From Escherichia phage vB_EcoM_VR20, in the sequence record NC_028894.1: a stretch of DNA of 64,000 nt; one strand, written 5' to 3'. Shown here piece after piece: positions 51,666 through 63,001 of this stretch. The stretch's first letter is position 1, and every line of letters begins with the position of its first letter. Made by a program: the position numbers and the translations under genes. The notes under the pieces are model-generated. The model was not told the DNA's origin and searched no databases. It saw only the letters and a list, made by a program, of their open reading frames with translations.

Positions 51666-52418
51666 ATGGCCAATATCGTAAGATGTGAAATGCCAGACGG
51701 AGTTCATCGTTTCAAACCGTTTACAGTCGCTGATTACCGTGATTTACTGCTTGTGCGGAATGACATGAACAACAAACCCGTCGAAGAACAAAAACAATTA
51801 TTAGACGAACTGTTGGAAGATTATTTTGGAGAGTATCCGAAAGCATGGAGACCTTACATATTCCTGAAGGTATTCACTTCCTCTATCGGTAAGACAAAAG
51901 TCCCGGTAGCGTTCGAATGTCAAAAATGTAAAAAAACAAAGCAGACTTTGTTTAACATGAGTCAAGGTCCATTGATAAATCCAACGATGGAAACTGCAGG
52001 GATAAAAATACAATTTAAGTTCCCTGAAATGGAATATAAAGATAAGTCGGAGCTTGTTCTAAACACCATCCAGACTGTCGAAGACTCAGAACAAAAGTAC
52101 AATTGGGAAGACCTTCCTGAAGAAACGAAGATGCAGGTTATTGATGCCATTGATATAGAGAGTCTCGAAGAGCTCCTTAAGAAAATGCATTCAGTTTATA
52201 TTCCATTTACATATGGTTGCTGCGAAAAACACAAAACCGAATATACAGACTTGATTGATGTCTTTAAGCTTATCCTTAACCCGGATGAAGTCTTTGTATT
52301 TTATCAAATTAACCACTTGCTGGTAAAGAACCAATATACGCTCGATAGCATCATGCACATGATTCCCATCGAACGAGGTATTGCTTTATCGTTAGTTGAG
52401 AAGGACTTGAAAAAATGA
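51666..52418 (+). CDS. 51: gp51, baseplate hub assembly catalyst
   Basis: 250 aa; synteny 26-51-27. Confidence 0.8.
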   Translation: MANIVRCEMPDGVHRFKPFTVADYRDLLLVRNDMNNKPVEEQKQLLDELLEDYFGEYPKAWRPYIFLKVFTSSIGKTKVPVAFECQKCKKTKQTLFNMSQGPLINPTMETAGIKIQFKFPEMEYKDKSELVLNTIQTVEDSEQKYNWEDLPEETKMQVIDAIDIESLEELLKKMHSVYIPFTYGCCEKHKTEYTDLIDVFKLILNPDEVFVFYQINHLLVKNQYTLDSIMHMIPIERGIALSLVEKDLKK

Positions 52419-53584
52419 CAGCTAAATCTATGCAGCGTGAAGGCTTTCCTAATATCAGCATACGCCTTTACGAAGATTATGATGCCTGGCTCGAACACCG
52501 TTTTGTAGAACTGGCTGCAACATTTACAACCATGACCATGCGTGATTCTCTTTACGGAAGAAACGAAGGCCTGTTGCAATTCTACGACACAAAGAACTTG
52601 CATACAAAAATGAACGGTGAACAAATTATACAAGTCTCCGTTAAGAATGCCAACTCAGACCGAACCCAATCCAGGATATACGGAAGTAAGCACTTTGCTG
52701 TTTCCGTGGATTCAAAGGGTGATAACATAATTACAATTCAGCTGGCACCGATTCATGAAATTGAAGACCTGAAATTTAGTCGTATGTTTTATCCGAGTGT
52801 GCAAGAAACATTGGTCGAAATGACCGGGGTAATTTATCAGGACAGACCTTTGCTTGCTCCTCCGATAAACGGTATAAACGTTTATGCTCCTAATGTTCCA
52901 TGGTGTGATTCGATGAGCCAATACATGGAATTCATTAGGGAAGTTGGGCTTGCAGTTGAATCTGATAAATTTGTATTTGTATGGCAGGATATCGACGGCA
53001 TAAGTATCCAGGATTATGAATGGTTAACTACACAAGAACCAATTAATTTTGTAGTAGGGGAACCTCGATTGGTTGGTCAGTTTGTACAAAACCTCGAGAC
53101 TCCATTGGCATTCGATTTCGAATGGTTAACAAAGGCAAACCAACACACAAGAAAACCATACGAAAACGCAACCGTGTACGCACATTCATTCCTTGATAAG
53201 AACGCAACCAGAATAACTTTTGGGGAAGGACAAAACAGCATTCTGGTATCTCGTTCCGGTGGCTATTCGGATTACACATATCGAAATGGTTTCGAGGAAG
53301 CACAACGATTAATAACCATGTCACAATATGACGGTTATGCGCATTGCAAAACATACGGGAACTTTGAATTAACTCCGGGCGATAAGATAAATTTCTATGA
53401 CCCGAAGAACCAATTCAAATATGATTTTTACGTAGACGAAGTTATTCATGAAGTGAGTAACAATACATCAATTACAAACCTCTATATGTTTACCAATGGT
53501 AAGCCTATCGAAGTTGAAGAACCACCGAAGGTTAAAAATGAACTTAAAACTGATTCTGCCGACGAAGAAAATACAGCTGGGTGA
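52415..53584 (+). CDS. 27: gp27, baseplate hub protein
   Basis: 389 aa; synteny. Confidence 0.85.
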   Translation: MTAKSMQREGFPNISIRLYEDYDAWLEHRFVELAATFTTMTMRDSLYGRNEGLLQFYDTKNLHTKMNGEQIIQVSVKNANSDRTQSRIYGSKHFAVSVDSKGDNIITIQLAPIHEIEDLKFSRMFYPSVQETLVEMTGVIYQDRPLLAPPINGINVYAPNVPWCDSMSQYMEFIREVGLAVESDKFVFVWQDIDGISIQDYEWLTTQEPINFVVGEPRLVGQFVQNLETPLAFDFEWLTKANQHTRKPYENATVYAHSFLDKNATRITFGEGQNSILVSRSGGYSDYTYRNGFEEAQRLITMSQYDGYAHCKTYGNFELTPGDKINFYDPKNQFKYDFYVDEVIHEVSNNTSITNLYMFTNGKPIEVEEPPKVKNELKTDSADEENTAG

Positions 53585-54056
53585 TAAAGAGATTCACGTT
53601 CCCAAGCTTGGACTCAAGCATCACAATCTGATTAAAAACGAACCTAATCCTTATGTTGCATTAAGAAAGATTATGCAATCGATATTCCCTAATCTTACAG
53701 CAGCCGAATCCGACTTTGTATCTTTACATCTTCTGGAATTCAATGGTAAGCTAAAAGACAAACGCGAGATTAATGGATTTACATATAAGCTGGATGATGT
53801 TTATATCTGTCAGCGCCTTGAATTCTCTTATCAAGGAAAGACATTTAAATTCCGCTCCAATAAACCGTATGAAGAATTCGGACCAGTTGACAATCTCCTG
53901 GAGACCCTTTATCTCGGGGAAGATGTTCCAGACTTTCTGGATATGCCTGCTTTTGTTGCTAAGTGGGCAGACGATATCACAAGCACATTAGCAATCCCGG
54001 GTCCGAATGGTCCTGTTAAGGGGTTACTGAAAATAATGGAACTCCTAAATGAATAA
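53538..54056 (+). CDS. 28: gp28, baseplate hub distal subunit
   Basis: ATG at 53538 with GAAGG RBS (alternative ATG at 53496 lacks an RBS); overlaps the gene 27 3' end; synteny. Confidence 0.7.
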   Translation: MNLKLILPTKKIQLGDKEIHVPKLGLKHHNLIKNEPNPYVALRKIMQSIFPNLTAAESDFVSLHLLEFNGKLKDKREINGFTYKLDDVYICQRLEFSYQGKTFKFRSNKPYEEFGPVDNLLETLYLGEDVPDFLDMPAFVAKWADDITSTLAIPGPNGPVKGLLKIMELLNE

Positions 54057-55794
54057 GAACTCCGAACAAACGAGCTTCAGACGCGGTGGACCTAATAAAA
54101 AGCTTATCGAAGAATTAGCACCACAAAGGAGGGCGGAAGCCCTCTCTGCTGAACAGAATGATGAATTATCGAATCTGAATACAACTCTTACAAATACTCA
54201 AGCTGCAACCGAACTTGTGTCGGAAGCTATTGAGGATAAGGGTAATCAGATTATTGAGAATATCCAGACCAACAATGGGGTCCTCCAGGATATCAGTGCG
54301 GGGGTCGAACTGACGGCTGAAGCCACCGAGAAGACTCAACAAGGGATTAAAAACCTCACGGATATTCTCTCGGATAAGCTCGACAAACTCAGCGCAATGA
54401 TAAGCGGTAAAATAGGCGTCACGTCTCCTGTGGCTGGTTCTGAAAGCCTTAAACCTGTGGAGGACGCACTACCAGAGCCTGAAGAGAATAAGCCCACAGC
54501 GAGCGTTCCAGCGCTCATACCGCCAGAAGAACAAAAGCCCGACGCTGACTTCATTCCGGAACCAGAGCAACCAAAAACCGATGCAGAAGGTAAAGAGACT
54601 AATACCTGGTCACTTGGCGATAAGCTTGACACACTTTCGAAGATAACCGAAAAAGGATTTAAGGCATCGATTTCTGTAGCTGACCGAATCTCCGGGATGC
54701 TGTTCAAATATACAATTACGGCAGCAGCCGAAGCAGCCAAGCTTATTGGTGGATTATTGTTGTTAGTATTCGGTATCGATGCGATACGAGTTTACTTCCA
54801 ATATTTCATGAAGCAATTCGAAAAAGGATGGGCCGAATTTAATGACAAGTTCAAAGAATGGGGACCGTTGCTCGAAGGACTAATGACTTGGGCTAAGAAC
54901 GCGCAAGCGATGTTTAGTGAAAAGAATTGGTTGGGATTAGCTGAAGCTATTATCCGTGGGATGGTCAACTTAACGAAGAACATGGCTCAACTTCTTATGC
55001 TTGGTATTTCGAAACTGATTTCAGCTATCTTAAGCAAAATCCCTGGGATGGGCGATTTAGCAGATAATGTGGAAGCCTCAGCTTTGATGTCTTATCAGCA
55101 AAATACAGGGGCAACTCTGGATGATGAAGACCAAACCAAGATAGCAAAATATCATGACAAACGTTCGGCCGAAGCAATGGAAGCTGCAGAGAAGATGAAT
55201 AAGAAGTATAAGGATAAACCTGAACTAATTAATCAAGCCGAAAAATATGGTAACCTTACCAAGGAGCAAGCTGACCAGCTTCGCGCGGGTGGTATTGACA
55301 CAAGCTTCAGAGACCTTCCAGAAGAAGAACGTCTGGACTATTTCAAGAAGCGTGACAAAGCACAGGCTGATATTATTCGTTTGACCCAAACTGCGGATAA
55401 CTTAATGAAGCCAGACGCAACCGATAAAAAGAATGCGATGGAAATGAGAGCTAACATTGAAAAACAATTAGCTGACCCAGCTATGGCAAAAGGTGGAGCT
55501 CCGAAAGACCTGAATATGCGCGCCCTGTTGGAAAAACTTGATAAGTCTCTTGAGAAGTTCAAAGACGAACCGAAAGTTAAACCGCCGGATGTTAAGACTT
55601 CTCCGGATGCACAACAAGCTGCGAAGGTTGACGAAGGCATGAAGGCCAAAGAAAATAAATACAAGGATGCACCAGCTCAGGCACAAATTAACACGGTCAA
55701 TAATATTCAGAAGACTTCCAGGACGCAATACAATATGCCTCCTCAAAGTTCAACCCCTGCCCCTGGCATGAGACAGGCCACGAGAATTAACTAA
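54049..55794 (+). CDS. 29: gp29, baseplate hub / tail length determinant
   Basis: 581 aa; synteny. Confidence 0.85.
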   Translation: MNKNSEQTSFRRGGPNKKLIEELAPQRRAEALSAEQNDELSNLNTTLTNTQAATELVSEAIEDKGNQIIENIQTNNGVLQDISAGVELTAEATEKTQQGIKNLTDILSDKLDKLSAMISGKIGVTSPVAGSESLKPVEDALPEPEENKPTASVPALIPPEEQKPDADFIPEPEQPKTDAEGKETNTWSLGDKLDTLSKITEKGFKASISVADRISGMLFKYTITAAAEAAKLIGGLLLLVFGIDAIRVYFQYFMKQFEKGWAEFNDKFKEWGPLLEGLMTWAKNAQAMFSEKNWLGLAEAIIRGMVNLTKNMAQLLMLGISKLISAILSKIPGMGDLADNVEASALMSYQQNTGATLDDEDQTKIAKYHDKRSAEAMEAAEKMNKKYKDKPELINQAEKYGNLTKEQADQLRAGGIDTSFRDLPEEERLDYFKKRDKAQADIIRLTQTADNLMKPDATDKKNAMEMRANIEKQLADPAMAKGGAPKDLNMRALLEKLDKSLEKFKDEPKVKPPDVKTSPDAQQAAKVDEGMKAKENKYKDAPAQAQINTVNNIQKTSRTQYNMPPQSSTPAPGMRQATRIN

Positions 55795-55802
55795 GGAATA
55801 AC

Positions 55803-56897
55803 ATGAAAGTAAAAGAACTCGATATTGATATTGCGGGTTTATTTAACGGAGGTTCTAAGACCTCCGCTGGGCAGTCAAAAGCTGCCCAGACTCAAGCTAC
55901 TATTGTGGCGCAATATCCAGCAGAACGAGCTTCCGGTAATGATTCTTCAGATGATATGCGAGTTAATGACCTTTATAAAAATGGTCTGTTATTCACGGCA
56001 TACAATTTCAGTTCAAGAACATCTCCGGAATTACGCTCAGACAGGTCAAGCCAATTGACTTCATTAAAGAAAGTTTCCAATGGTGCTTCATTTAACCCGG
56101 TTAAAAGTTTAACATCTTTTGCTAAATCGAAATTAACCGGTGCTGGGTCAACAGGTAAAAGTTTTGATTCAAACGCTGTCGCAAATATCCTGTTGCCTCG
56201 TTCGAAGTCTGATGTAGAATCCGTGTCGCATCGATTCAACGATGTTGGTGAGTCTCTTATTACGAAAGGCGGTGGCTCAGCTACTGGTATTCTTAGTAAC
56301 ATCGCATCGACCGCAGTTTTTGGTGCACTCGAATCAGTTACAAACGGTGTAATGGCCGACCATGGTGAACAGATTTACACAACGGCAAGAAGCATGTATG
56401 CTGGTCCAGATAACCGGACAAAAGTTTACACATGGGAAATGACTCCACGTTCGGCCCAGGACTTAATCCAGATAGTGAAGATATACGAGATTTTTAACTA
56501 TTACTCCTATGGGGAAACCGGTAAAAGTTCGTTTGCTTCCGAGCTGAAAGAAAAAATCGATACATGGTATAAATCCACCTTCAAAAAAGAAGCAATCGAT
56601 AACTTTGACGGCAAGTTGCTCGGTGAAGAGATAACAAGCTTCCTAACGAACGTTCTGGTGGTCTCTAACCCTACTATCTGGTATATCCGCAACTTCGGCG
56701 ATACAAGCTCGTACGATGGTCGTGGGGAGCTATTTGGGCCGTGTCAGATTCAGAGCATAAGATTCGATAAATCTCCGGATGGTCATTTCGGTGGATTAGC
56801 TATTGCTCCTAACCTGCCATCGACTTTTGTACTTGAAATCACTTTCCGTGAAATCATTACGCTTAACCGTGGCTCATTATATGCGGAAGGTTTCTAA
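55803..56897 (+). CDS. 48: gp48, baseplate tail tube cap
   Basis: 364 aa, same as T4 gp48; synteny. Confidence 0.85.
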   Translation: MKVKELDIDIAGLFNGGSKTSAGQSKAAQTQATIVAQYPAERASGNDSSDDMRVNDLYKNGLLFTAYNFSSRTSPELRSDRSSQLTSLKKVSNGASFNPVKSLTSFAKSKLTGAGSTGKSFDSNAVANILLPRSKSDVESVSHRFNDVGESLITKGGGSATGILSNIASTAVFGALESVTNGVMADHGEQIYTTARSMYAGPDNRTKVYTWEMTPRSAQDLIQIVKIYEIFNYYSYGETGKSSFASELKEKIDTWYKSTFKKEAIDNFDGKLLGEEITSFLTNVLVVSNPTIWYIRNFGDTSSYDGRGELFGPCQIQSIRFDKSPDGHFGGLAIAPNLPSTFVLEITFREIITLNRGSLYAEGF

Positions 56898-57856
56898 TGT
56901 TTACTTTACAAGAATTTCAAACACAAGCGATTAATATCGACTTGCAGAGGAATAACCTTTTTAGTGTGGTCTTCGCGACCGCACCTTCCTCTAAATCTCA
57001 GAATCTTCTGGACCAGTTTGGTGGCGCATTATTCAGTAACCTTCCTGTTAACTCAGATTGGTTCGGATTAACACAAGGTGACTTAACTCAGGGGATAACA
57101 ACTCTTGTTACTGCCGGGACACAAAAGCTTATTCGCAAATCAGGGATAAGCAAATATCTTATTGGGGCAATGAGTAACCGTGTTGTGCAATCATTATTAG
57201 GTGAATTTGAGGTTGGTACTTACCTGCTTGATTTCTTTAATATGGCTTATCCAACGGCTGGTCTATTAGTTCACTCTGTTAAGCTTCCGGATAACACATT
57301 GAACTACGAAATGGACCTTAACCATAATGCGCCAAATATCAAGATAACAGGGAGAGAATATTCTCCGTTGGTATTGAGCTTTAGAATGGATTCAGAGGCA
57401 GGGAACTTCAGAGCATTTAACGATTGGGTTAACTCTGTACAGGACCCAGTTACCCAGCTAAGGGCTTTGCCTGAAGACGTTGAAGCTGATATTCAGGTTA
57501 ACCTTCATTCGCGTAATGGGTTACCGCATACGGTTGTTATGTTAACTGGTTGTGTTCCTGTAAGTGTATCAGCGCCTGAATTGAGTTATGAAGGTGATAA
57601 TCAGATAGCTACATTTGATGTGACTTTTGCTTATCGCGTTATGTCAACTGGTGCGGTGGGAAGAGCTGCAGCATTGGAATGGTTGGAAGATAAGGTTATT
57701 AAAGGTGTATCTGGTATTAGTTCAGATAACAACTTGAACGCAGAAGTTGCCAAATTGAGTCGCTTGTCTGGTGCTCAATCTGGATTAACAAGTCTATACA
57801 ATACGTTTACTGGTTCTGGGAGAACAGTCTCTGGTGGAAGTCAACGTATATTATAA
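56897..57856 (+). CDS. 54: gp54, baseplate tail tube initiator
   Basis: 319 aa; synteny. Confidence 0.85.
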   Translation: MFTLQEFQTQAINIDLQRNNLFSVVFATAPSSKSQNLLDQFGGALFSNLPVNSDWFGLTQGDLTQGITTLVTAGTQKLIRKSGISKYLIGAMSNRVVQSLLGEFEVGTYLLDFFNMAYPTAGLLVHSVKLPDNTLNYEMDLNHNAPNIKITGREYSPLVLSFRMDSEAGNFRAFNDWVNSVQDPVTQLRALPEDVEADIQVNLHSRNGLPHTVVMLTGCVPVSVSAPELSYEGDNQIATFDVTFAYRVMSTGAVGRAAALEWLEDKVIKGVSGISSDNNLNAEVAKLSRLSGAQSGLTSLYNTFTGSGRTVSGGSQRIL

Positions 57857-57860
57857 AAAG

Positions 57861-57886
57861 AAAGGGACCCGAAGGTCCCTTTTTTA
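57861..57886. terminator. bidirectional intrinsic terminator after gene 54
   Basis: GGGACC-CGAA-GGUCCC flanked by AAAAAGAAA and TTTTTTATTT. Confidence 0.8.
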
Positions 57887-58207
57887 TTTGCGGAATGAAA
57901 TGAAACCTGCTGCAGTCATGACAGCTTCTTTCTTAACAAATACTGTAATTGCAATTGGTGCTTCAGATTCAAGTTGTCCAGTTACTACACCATTAAAAAT
58001 ATTTTCTGTTTGTTCAGAATTTACAAAGTTTTCAACAGGGCGAAGGTCAAACTTCTTATCTTCGCCAAACACGCGCCGCAGTTCATTACCCACTGCGCTG
58101 TCAAACTCTTCTGAAGCCGGGATAACATTCTCAACTACCAGTTCCTGACCATTAAAGCGAAAAGATGATTTCATTTTGTTTTCCTCATGTGCAATTGATA
58201 TGAACAT
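57884..58207 (-). CDS. hypothetical protein (alt-proximal)
   Basis: ATG at 58207; 107 aa; position downstream of alt. Confidence 0.5.
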   Translation of the reverse strand: MFISIAHEENKMKSSFRFNGQELVVENVIPASEEFDSAVGNELRRVFGEDKKFDLRPVENFVNSEQTENIFNGVVTGQLESEAPIAITVFVKKEAVMTAAGFISFRK

Positions 58208-58237
58208 TGTATCGCACTTCCTTGTGCTTGTAAACCC

Positions 58238-60298
58238 CTACGAAAGGAATTTAGGAGGAATAGCTTCCAAATTAATACAACTAGCAAGAATACCAAGACC
58301 TTGATTGACTTTCTTCGTTACCCCAGAGGATGCAAACGATGCAAAGTCAACAGATTCTACTGGCTCTTCTGTTTCCTCGCCCTGATAAACGACAAGCTCA
58401 CCAGTTTCCATCAACACATCACCATCATAGATAACTGCATTTTCATCCAGTTGGTCCGTAGTCTGGATATCAGCTTCCAGCATTTTGACGTTCGCGTTTC
58501 CTTGATACGAAGCATCAGTAATTTTGGTAATCTTAACTACAGTCCCACGAGGAAGAATAACTTCCTGCTCGGACGGGTTGCTTGACAATTCACCAGGAAC
58601 AATTACGTTAATTAAGTCCGCCCCAGAAATTTTCCAACCAACATGCATCATTACGTGGTCGCGGCGTGCATCCGGCATATCTGGTAAAACAATTTCGTCA
58701 TCAGCCTGGAAAGATGTCCCATCACGATAGTCCTGATGAACTGCAGCCATAGCAACGTTCGCCACCCAGCCACCAAAGATAATCGGTTTAAACGACGTTG
58801 ATACATAGTTCCTGAAATAAAATAATTTAGATTTCTTAATTTTATCAAATGTAGGAACGTTTAAATATTGACCACGCCAAAGAGTTGTATTAGGCGGCAA
58901 CTTATGTCCAATTTCAAAGGCCGAATCCAATTCCTTAATTGTTTCGACAACTCTGTCTAGATTTAGGAATTCAGCTTCTTCTTCATAATATTTGCCCATC
59001 AAATAATTATTAATATCGGCATAGTTTGCTCCACAATAATCTGCAATTGCTTCTCGCTGGCCATAATGGAAACGGTTGTCAGTATACCCTGCTGTGAAAT
59101 TAAGAGTATTTTCTGATGCTTCTTCGGCAAAGTCTTTAACTGCAACACGAATGGCGCTTGTGTATTCTTTTTCCCAGAGCGAGGCTGCATAAGTGGCTGC
59201 ATCCAGGTTAGGAGGAGCATCATTCATTTTTCTTTCGATAAATGCGGCTTTGCGAAGGTTAAGAATCTCTGCACATGATTCGGCAAAAATCTGCATCTGC
59301 TTCATACTGCCAACAGGAGCACGTTTAAGTTCACGATGCATACGGTTAAAAATTGGGTCAGAGTCTTCAATACGAATTTCTTCTTTCCAAACACCATTTG
59401 CTCGCATAGCCGCATCTGCTGCGCGCATACGAGCCATAGTATTCGTTTCGGAAGGTCGAACAAAAATTTCCAGTTCTTCATAATCATCGATAAGTTCTGC
59501 CGTAGCCGGTCGACTAAACTTAGCAGCTTCTGCATCAATTTCGTCCCAGCCATCGGGCACGGAATCACTTGGAGCATACTGGGCTTGTGCAATAGCTCGG
59601 CGACTGATTTTAGTTTTCTGGGCAACAGCAGCATCGGTCTTTTTGTTTGCTGCGTCAATCAGAACTTCGGCTGCGATTTCTTGTTTGGAGACTTGTGCGC
59701 CTGTATCTTTATTAGTGAATACATCGCCAACTTTAGTTTCAACTTTTTGATATTTCTCAGGGACTGGTGGCATACCATCAACCGAAAGCAGGTCAACACC
59801 CTTTTTGTACATAATTACATAAGCGTTCTTTTTACCGAGGCCAGAAGCATTCGGAAGAACATGATAACGCCCGCTGGTTTTCATTTGAATCAGTCGATTC
59901 ATAATACGAATAACAGCTTGGTCTTGCCCTTTCATTTTTTTGGATGGGAAACGGAACAAGACTACATCAGGTTTGCCTAGTTTAATGCTTTCCCAGACTG
60001 TAACAAAAATCAGGTTAATCGCATCAAGAGGTTTTTCACCTAGACCACCCTTCAGAGGAACAGCATGGCCATGTGAAGTCCCGGAGAGCAGGAATACCTC
60101 GGCAATTGCATCGCCGCGTTTATATTGTTTAACTGTTTCTTTGCCCGTGAATTGCATCAAACGGGCCATAAGAGAATTGGTCCCAGGAACACCGAATTGC
60201 CAAACCTGTGGGACCTTGTATTTCGGATTCATATTAATGACAGGATAACCGAAGGCTTCGATATATTTGTCAAAGAGTTCATTTAATTGTTCAGACAT
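58238..60298 (-). CDS. alt: Alt, ADP-ribosyltransferase packaged in the capsid
   Basis: 686 aa; motifs shared with T4 Alt (VGDVFTNKDTGAQV, KISRRAIAQ, FYFRNFVSTS, MPxxYQ). Position after gene 54. Confidence 0.9.
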   Translation of the reverse strand: MSEQLNELFDKYIEAFGYPVINMNPKYKVPQVWQFGVPGTNSLMARLMQFTGKETVKQYKRGDAIAEVFLLSGTSHGHAVPLKGGLGEKPLDAINLIFVTVWESIKLGKPDVVLFRFPSKKMKGQDQAVIRIMNRLIQMKTSGRYHVLPNASGLGKKNAYVIMYKKGVDLLSVDGMPPVPEKYQKVETKVGDVFTNKDTGAQVSKQEIAAEVLIDAANKKTDAAVAQKTKISRRAIAQAQYAPSDSVPDGWDEIDAEAAKFSRPATAELIDDYEELEIFVRPSETNTMARMRAADAAMRANGVWKEEIRIEDSDPIFNRMHRELKRAPVGSMKQMQIFAESCAEILNLRKAAFIERKMNDAPPNLDAATYAASLWEKEYTSAIRVAVKDFAEEASENTLNFTAGYTDNRFHYGQREAIADYCGANYADINNYLMGKYYEEEAEFLNLDRVVETIKELDSAFEIGHKLPPNTTLWRGQYLNVPTFDKIKKSKLFYFRNYVSTSFKPIIFGGWVANVAMAAVHQDYRDGTSFQADDEIVLPDMPDARRDHVMMHVGWKISGADLINVIVPGELSSNPSEQEVILPRGTVVKITKITDASYQGNANVKMLEADIQTTDQLDENAVIYDGDVLMETGELVVYQGEETEEPVESVDFASFASSGVTKKVNQGLGILASCINLEAIPPKFLS

Positions 60299-60333
60299 AA
60301 TAGGTTCCTTATAAAATATGATGTATTTATACT

Positions 60334-60363
60334 AAAAAAGGGCCGAAGCCCTTTTGTTATTTT
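60334..60363. terminator. bidirectional intrinsic terminator between ligase and alt
   Basis: GGGC-CGAA-GCCC with AAAAAA upstream and TTTTGTTATTTT downstream. Confidence 0.75.
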
Positions 60364-61889
60364 AATCCAGTCTTTGACCAGTCGCCAAATACATCTTCGA
60401 ATGTGTCTGCATGGTCTTTATCGAAACGGAACCCTTTGATAATCGGCAGGAACAATGCAACCGTATTATCTTTACGAGTCTCGGAAGTCAACCAACCATT
60501 ACATTCACAGTCGGCAATCATTCCAACCAATTCACCTTTACGGGCTTTAACCATCAAGGCTTCACGGTCCATTTCATGACGCTCCTCAATCGGAATAGTA
60601 ACCCATTTTTTGGTTTTCTTATCTTTAACTTGAGTTGTGTCTTTAAAACCAGAACCACAGTTATTTGTAATCTTACCACAAGAAGAACGAAGCACAACAC
60701 CACCAATCTTATTCGGGTCTTTATCGTGCTCGTAATATCCAATGATTTCCATTGCAATGTCAATTACTTCTTTGAACTTGTACAAGTTCTTTGAGCGCTT
60801 GTTTTCCCAAATCGATGCCATGTTCTTAAGGATAATACCTTCAAGACCTTCATCCACATATTTCTTATAGATAACCTTCGCTTCATCGAGATTGTTAACA
60901 ACATGGTTTTCAATCAGAATCATGCGGTCAAAACCATGCAGCACCACGTTATCTGCAATCATCTTTTCCAGAACAGCAAAACGCACATCGTATTTCAACG
61001 GATTGAGAATCTTAACATCAGAATAGACTTCAATCAGTGGAACATAATCCCAAACCTGGAATTTCATACAAGCAGCTTCTGTTGCCGAAATAGTTCCTTT
61101 CAATGATTTGTTTGCCAGACCATTTGAAAAGGTTCTTGATTCCGCAGTTTCTTGTGCAGGGGCAATCTCATTTGAATCGTCAAAAAGGAAGCCCAAACCG
61201 TCATTCTGGGGAGCTACTTTCTGTTCATGGTATACTAACTCACCGTCAATCAAAACGCCCTCAGGATGTCTCTCACGCGCTTCACGAGTAGCTTCAATCA
61301 ATTCCTTTTTAAGGAGGTCAAGCTTGAGGTATTCGTTGCCAGCTCGGGATAACAATCGAACATCATCCAACTCATCGCCACGAACTTCTGCAAAACACCG
61401 AGCGCCGTCGGCTTTCAATTGTGCAAAGGCCGGGAACTTAATGTTCTTGGCAATACCGGCTTCATCATAGGAAGAAGCGAGCATCTGCGGTTGTTCTGGA
61501 ATTAAACCTTTCCAAACCTTATTTGCAATTGATACGGATGCCCCGCATTCCAGGTCACGCATCATCACACGGCGCAGGACTTCAACATCTGCTTTTTTAC
61601 CATCGGCAATATAGCCAGATAATTCCTCGATTGCAGCATTACCTGTTAATTTACGAGAGGCCAATGTGAATTCGATAAAGTCAAGCATATCATCGATATT
61701 CAGCATACCAAAGCTTTGAGTCGTTGTTCCAGGTTTTGGCCATTTCTTGATATAGAACTGGATGCCTTTGGAATATGTCAAACGATACACACGTTTGAGG
61801 GTTTCATTGTCAGAATACGATTCCAGAATAGCTTGTTTCTCTTTAGTAGAATCGGTTGCAGCAATTTCATTTAAAATATCTAAAATCAT
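60357..61889 (-). CDS. 30: ATP-dependent DNA ligase (gp30)
   Basis: ATG at 61889 with GAGGTG RBS (track start is GTG); MILDILNEIA..., AFAQLKADGARC (motif I KxDG) recognisable as T4 DNA ligase. Confidence 0.95.
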   Translation of the reverse strand: MILDILNEIAATDSTKEKQAILESYSDNETLKRVYRLTYSKGIQFYIKKWPKPGTTTQSFGMLNIDDMLDFIEFTLASRKLTGNAAIEELSGYIADGKKADVEVLRRVMMRDLECGASVSIANKVWKGLIPEQPQMLASSYDEAGIAKNIKFPAFAQLKADGARCFAEVRGDELDDVRLLSRAGNEYLKLDLLKKELIEATREARERHPEGVLIDGELVYHEQKVAPQNDGLGFLFDDSNEIAPAQETAESRTFSNGLANKSLKGTISATEAACMKFQVWDYVPLIEVYSDVKILNPLKYDVRFAVLEKMIADNVVLHGFDRMILIENHVVNNLDEAKVIYKKYVDEGLEGIILKNMASIWENKRSKNLYKFKEVIDIAMEIIGYYEHDKDPNKIGGVVLRSSCGKITNNCGSGFKDTTQVKDKKTKKWVTIPIEERHEMDREALMVKARKGELVGMIADCECNGWLTSETRKDNTVALFLPIIKGFRFDKDHADTFEDVFGDWSKTGLK

Positions 61890-61898
61890 AATCACCTC

Positions 61899-62177
61899 TT
61901 AGTCGTTGGCTCTATTATATGCCACATCTTCCAAAAGCAAATCCAGACGCTTATGATAAGAGAACACAAATCTCATTCGCCCATCTGGTTTAAACTTAGA
62001 CATAAAGTGAACATAGATAAACCCTTGCTCAACGCATTCACGCCAAACCGGATGGTCTTTGGCTGGGTTAATATCAAACGAGTAATCATGATTCACATGA
62101 CGAATAAACTGATTAACATGGCCATAATCCATGGTAGTAGTAGGACCGTAATCAGAAATAGTATGAACGACAAACAT
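61899..62177 (-). CDS. hypothetical protein (30.1-like)
   Basis: ATG at 62177 overlaps the upstream stop (ATGA); 92 aa. Confidence 0.5.
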   Translation of the reverse strand: MFVVHTISDYGPTTTMDYGHVNQFIRHVNHDYSFDINPAKDHPVWRECVEQGFIYVHFMSKFKPDGRMRFVFSYHKRLDLLLEDVAYNRAND

Positions 62178-63001
62178 CAATTACCCCCTTGGCCACCGGT
62201 CGGTTGATTGTACCAATATTCAATGCCAGTACCTACGCGTGGACCATATTGATATGGATATGCTGGATTATATCCAGGGGTCCATGGTTGACCTGGTTGC
62301 CAGCCTTGCTGCATTTGTTGTTGAAGACGTCGAGTTTCACGAAACAGTTCGTCCAGTTTACGGAGTTCATCAGGGGTGAATTCTGGTTTGACTGGTTCAT
62401 CTTTGTGTTTCAGTTTAAGCTGCCCAGCTACATCGTCCCAATTAAAAACTTTGGAAGCTGTTTTAGGAATAGCATTACGTTCGCCACGGGCCATCCAATA
62501 AACCGGGACTTCAAGGATTTCACTCGCATGGTCGCAATGGTGTGCAAGGTCATCAATATAACAAACGACATTATATTTGGTCTTCGCTTTCTGGAATAAC
62601 TCTTCTTTAGAGGCTGTATGGCCGCACATCATCACTTCTTTAAATGCACCAGGGAACAAAGCATTCAGGTTGAATTGACGATTCAGACGGGCGTCAATGG
62701 AATCACCCAGAGCCGTAACAGCCACAAAATCATATTGCTCTTTGAGGTTATTAATAACCCTTAACGCATCTGCGTAAGGAGACAAATAACGAATAAAATC
62801 TGAACAGTTATATTTCTCAATCAACTGTGCTCCCAACTCTTCATCACAATTGAACAGTTTACCAGGGGTCACAAATTTTTCATCCTGAATCATCTTAAGG
62901 ATATGTTCCAGGGGTAAATTATATTTTTGGGCGAAATAAGGCAAGCCTGACTGCCATGACAAACATACGCCATCAATATCTGTTAAAATAACGGGTTTCA
63001 T
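62177..63001 (-). CDS. HAD-superfamily hydrolase-like protein with Q/P/Y/G-rich C-terminal tail (30.2-like)
   Basis: N-terminal DIDGV (HAD motif I pattern); C-terminal low-complexity tail QQQMQQGWQPGQPWTPGYNPAYPYQYGP. Confidence 0.6.
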   Translation of the reverse strand: MKPVILTDIDGVCLSWQSGLPYFAQKYNLPLEHILKMIQDEKFVTPGKLFNCDEELGAQLIEKYNCSDFIRYLSPYADALRVINNLKEQYDFVAVTALGDSIDARLNRQFNLNALFPGAFKEVMMCGHTASKEELFQKAKTKYNVVCYIDDLAHHCDHASEILEVPVYWMARGERNAIPKTASKVFNWDDVAGQLKLKHKDEPVKPEFTPDELRKLDELFRETRRLQQQMQQGWQPGQPWTPGYNPAYPYQYGPRVGTGIEYWYNQPTGGQGGN

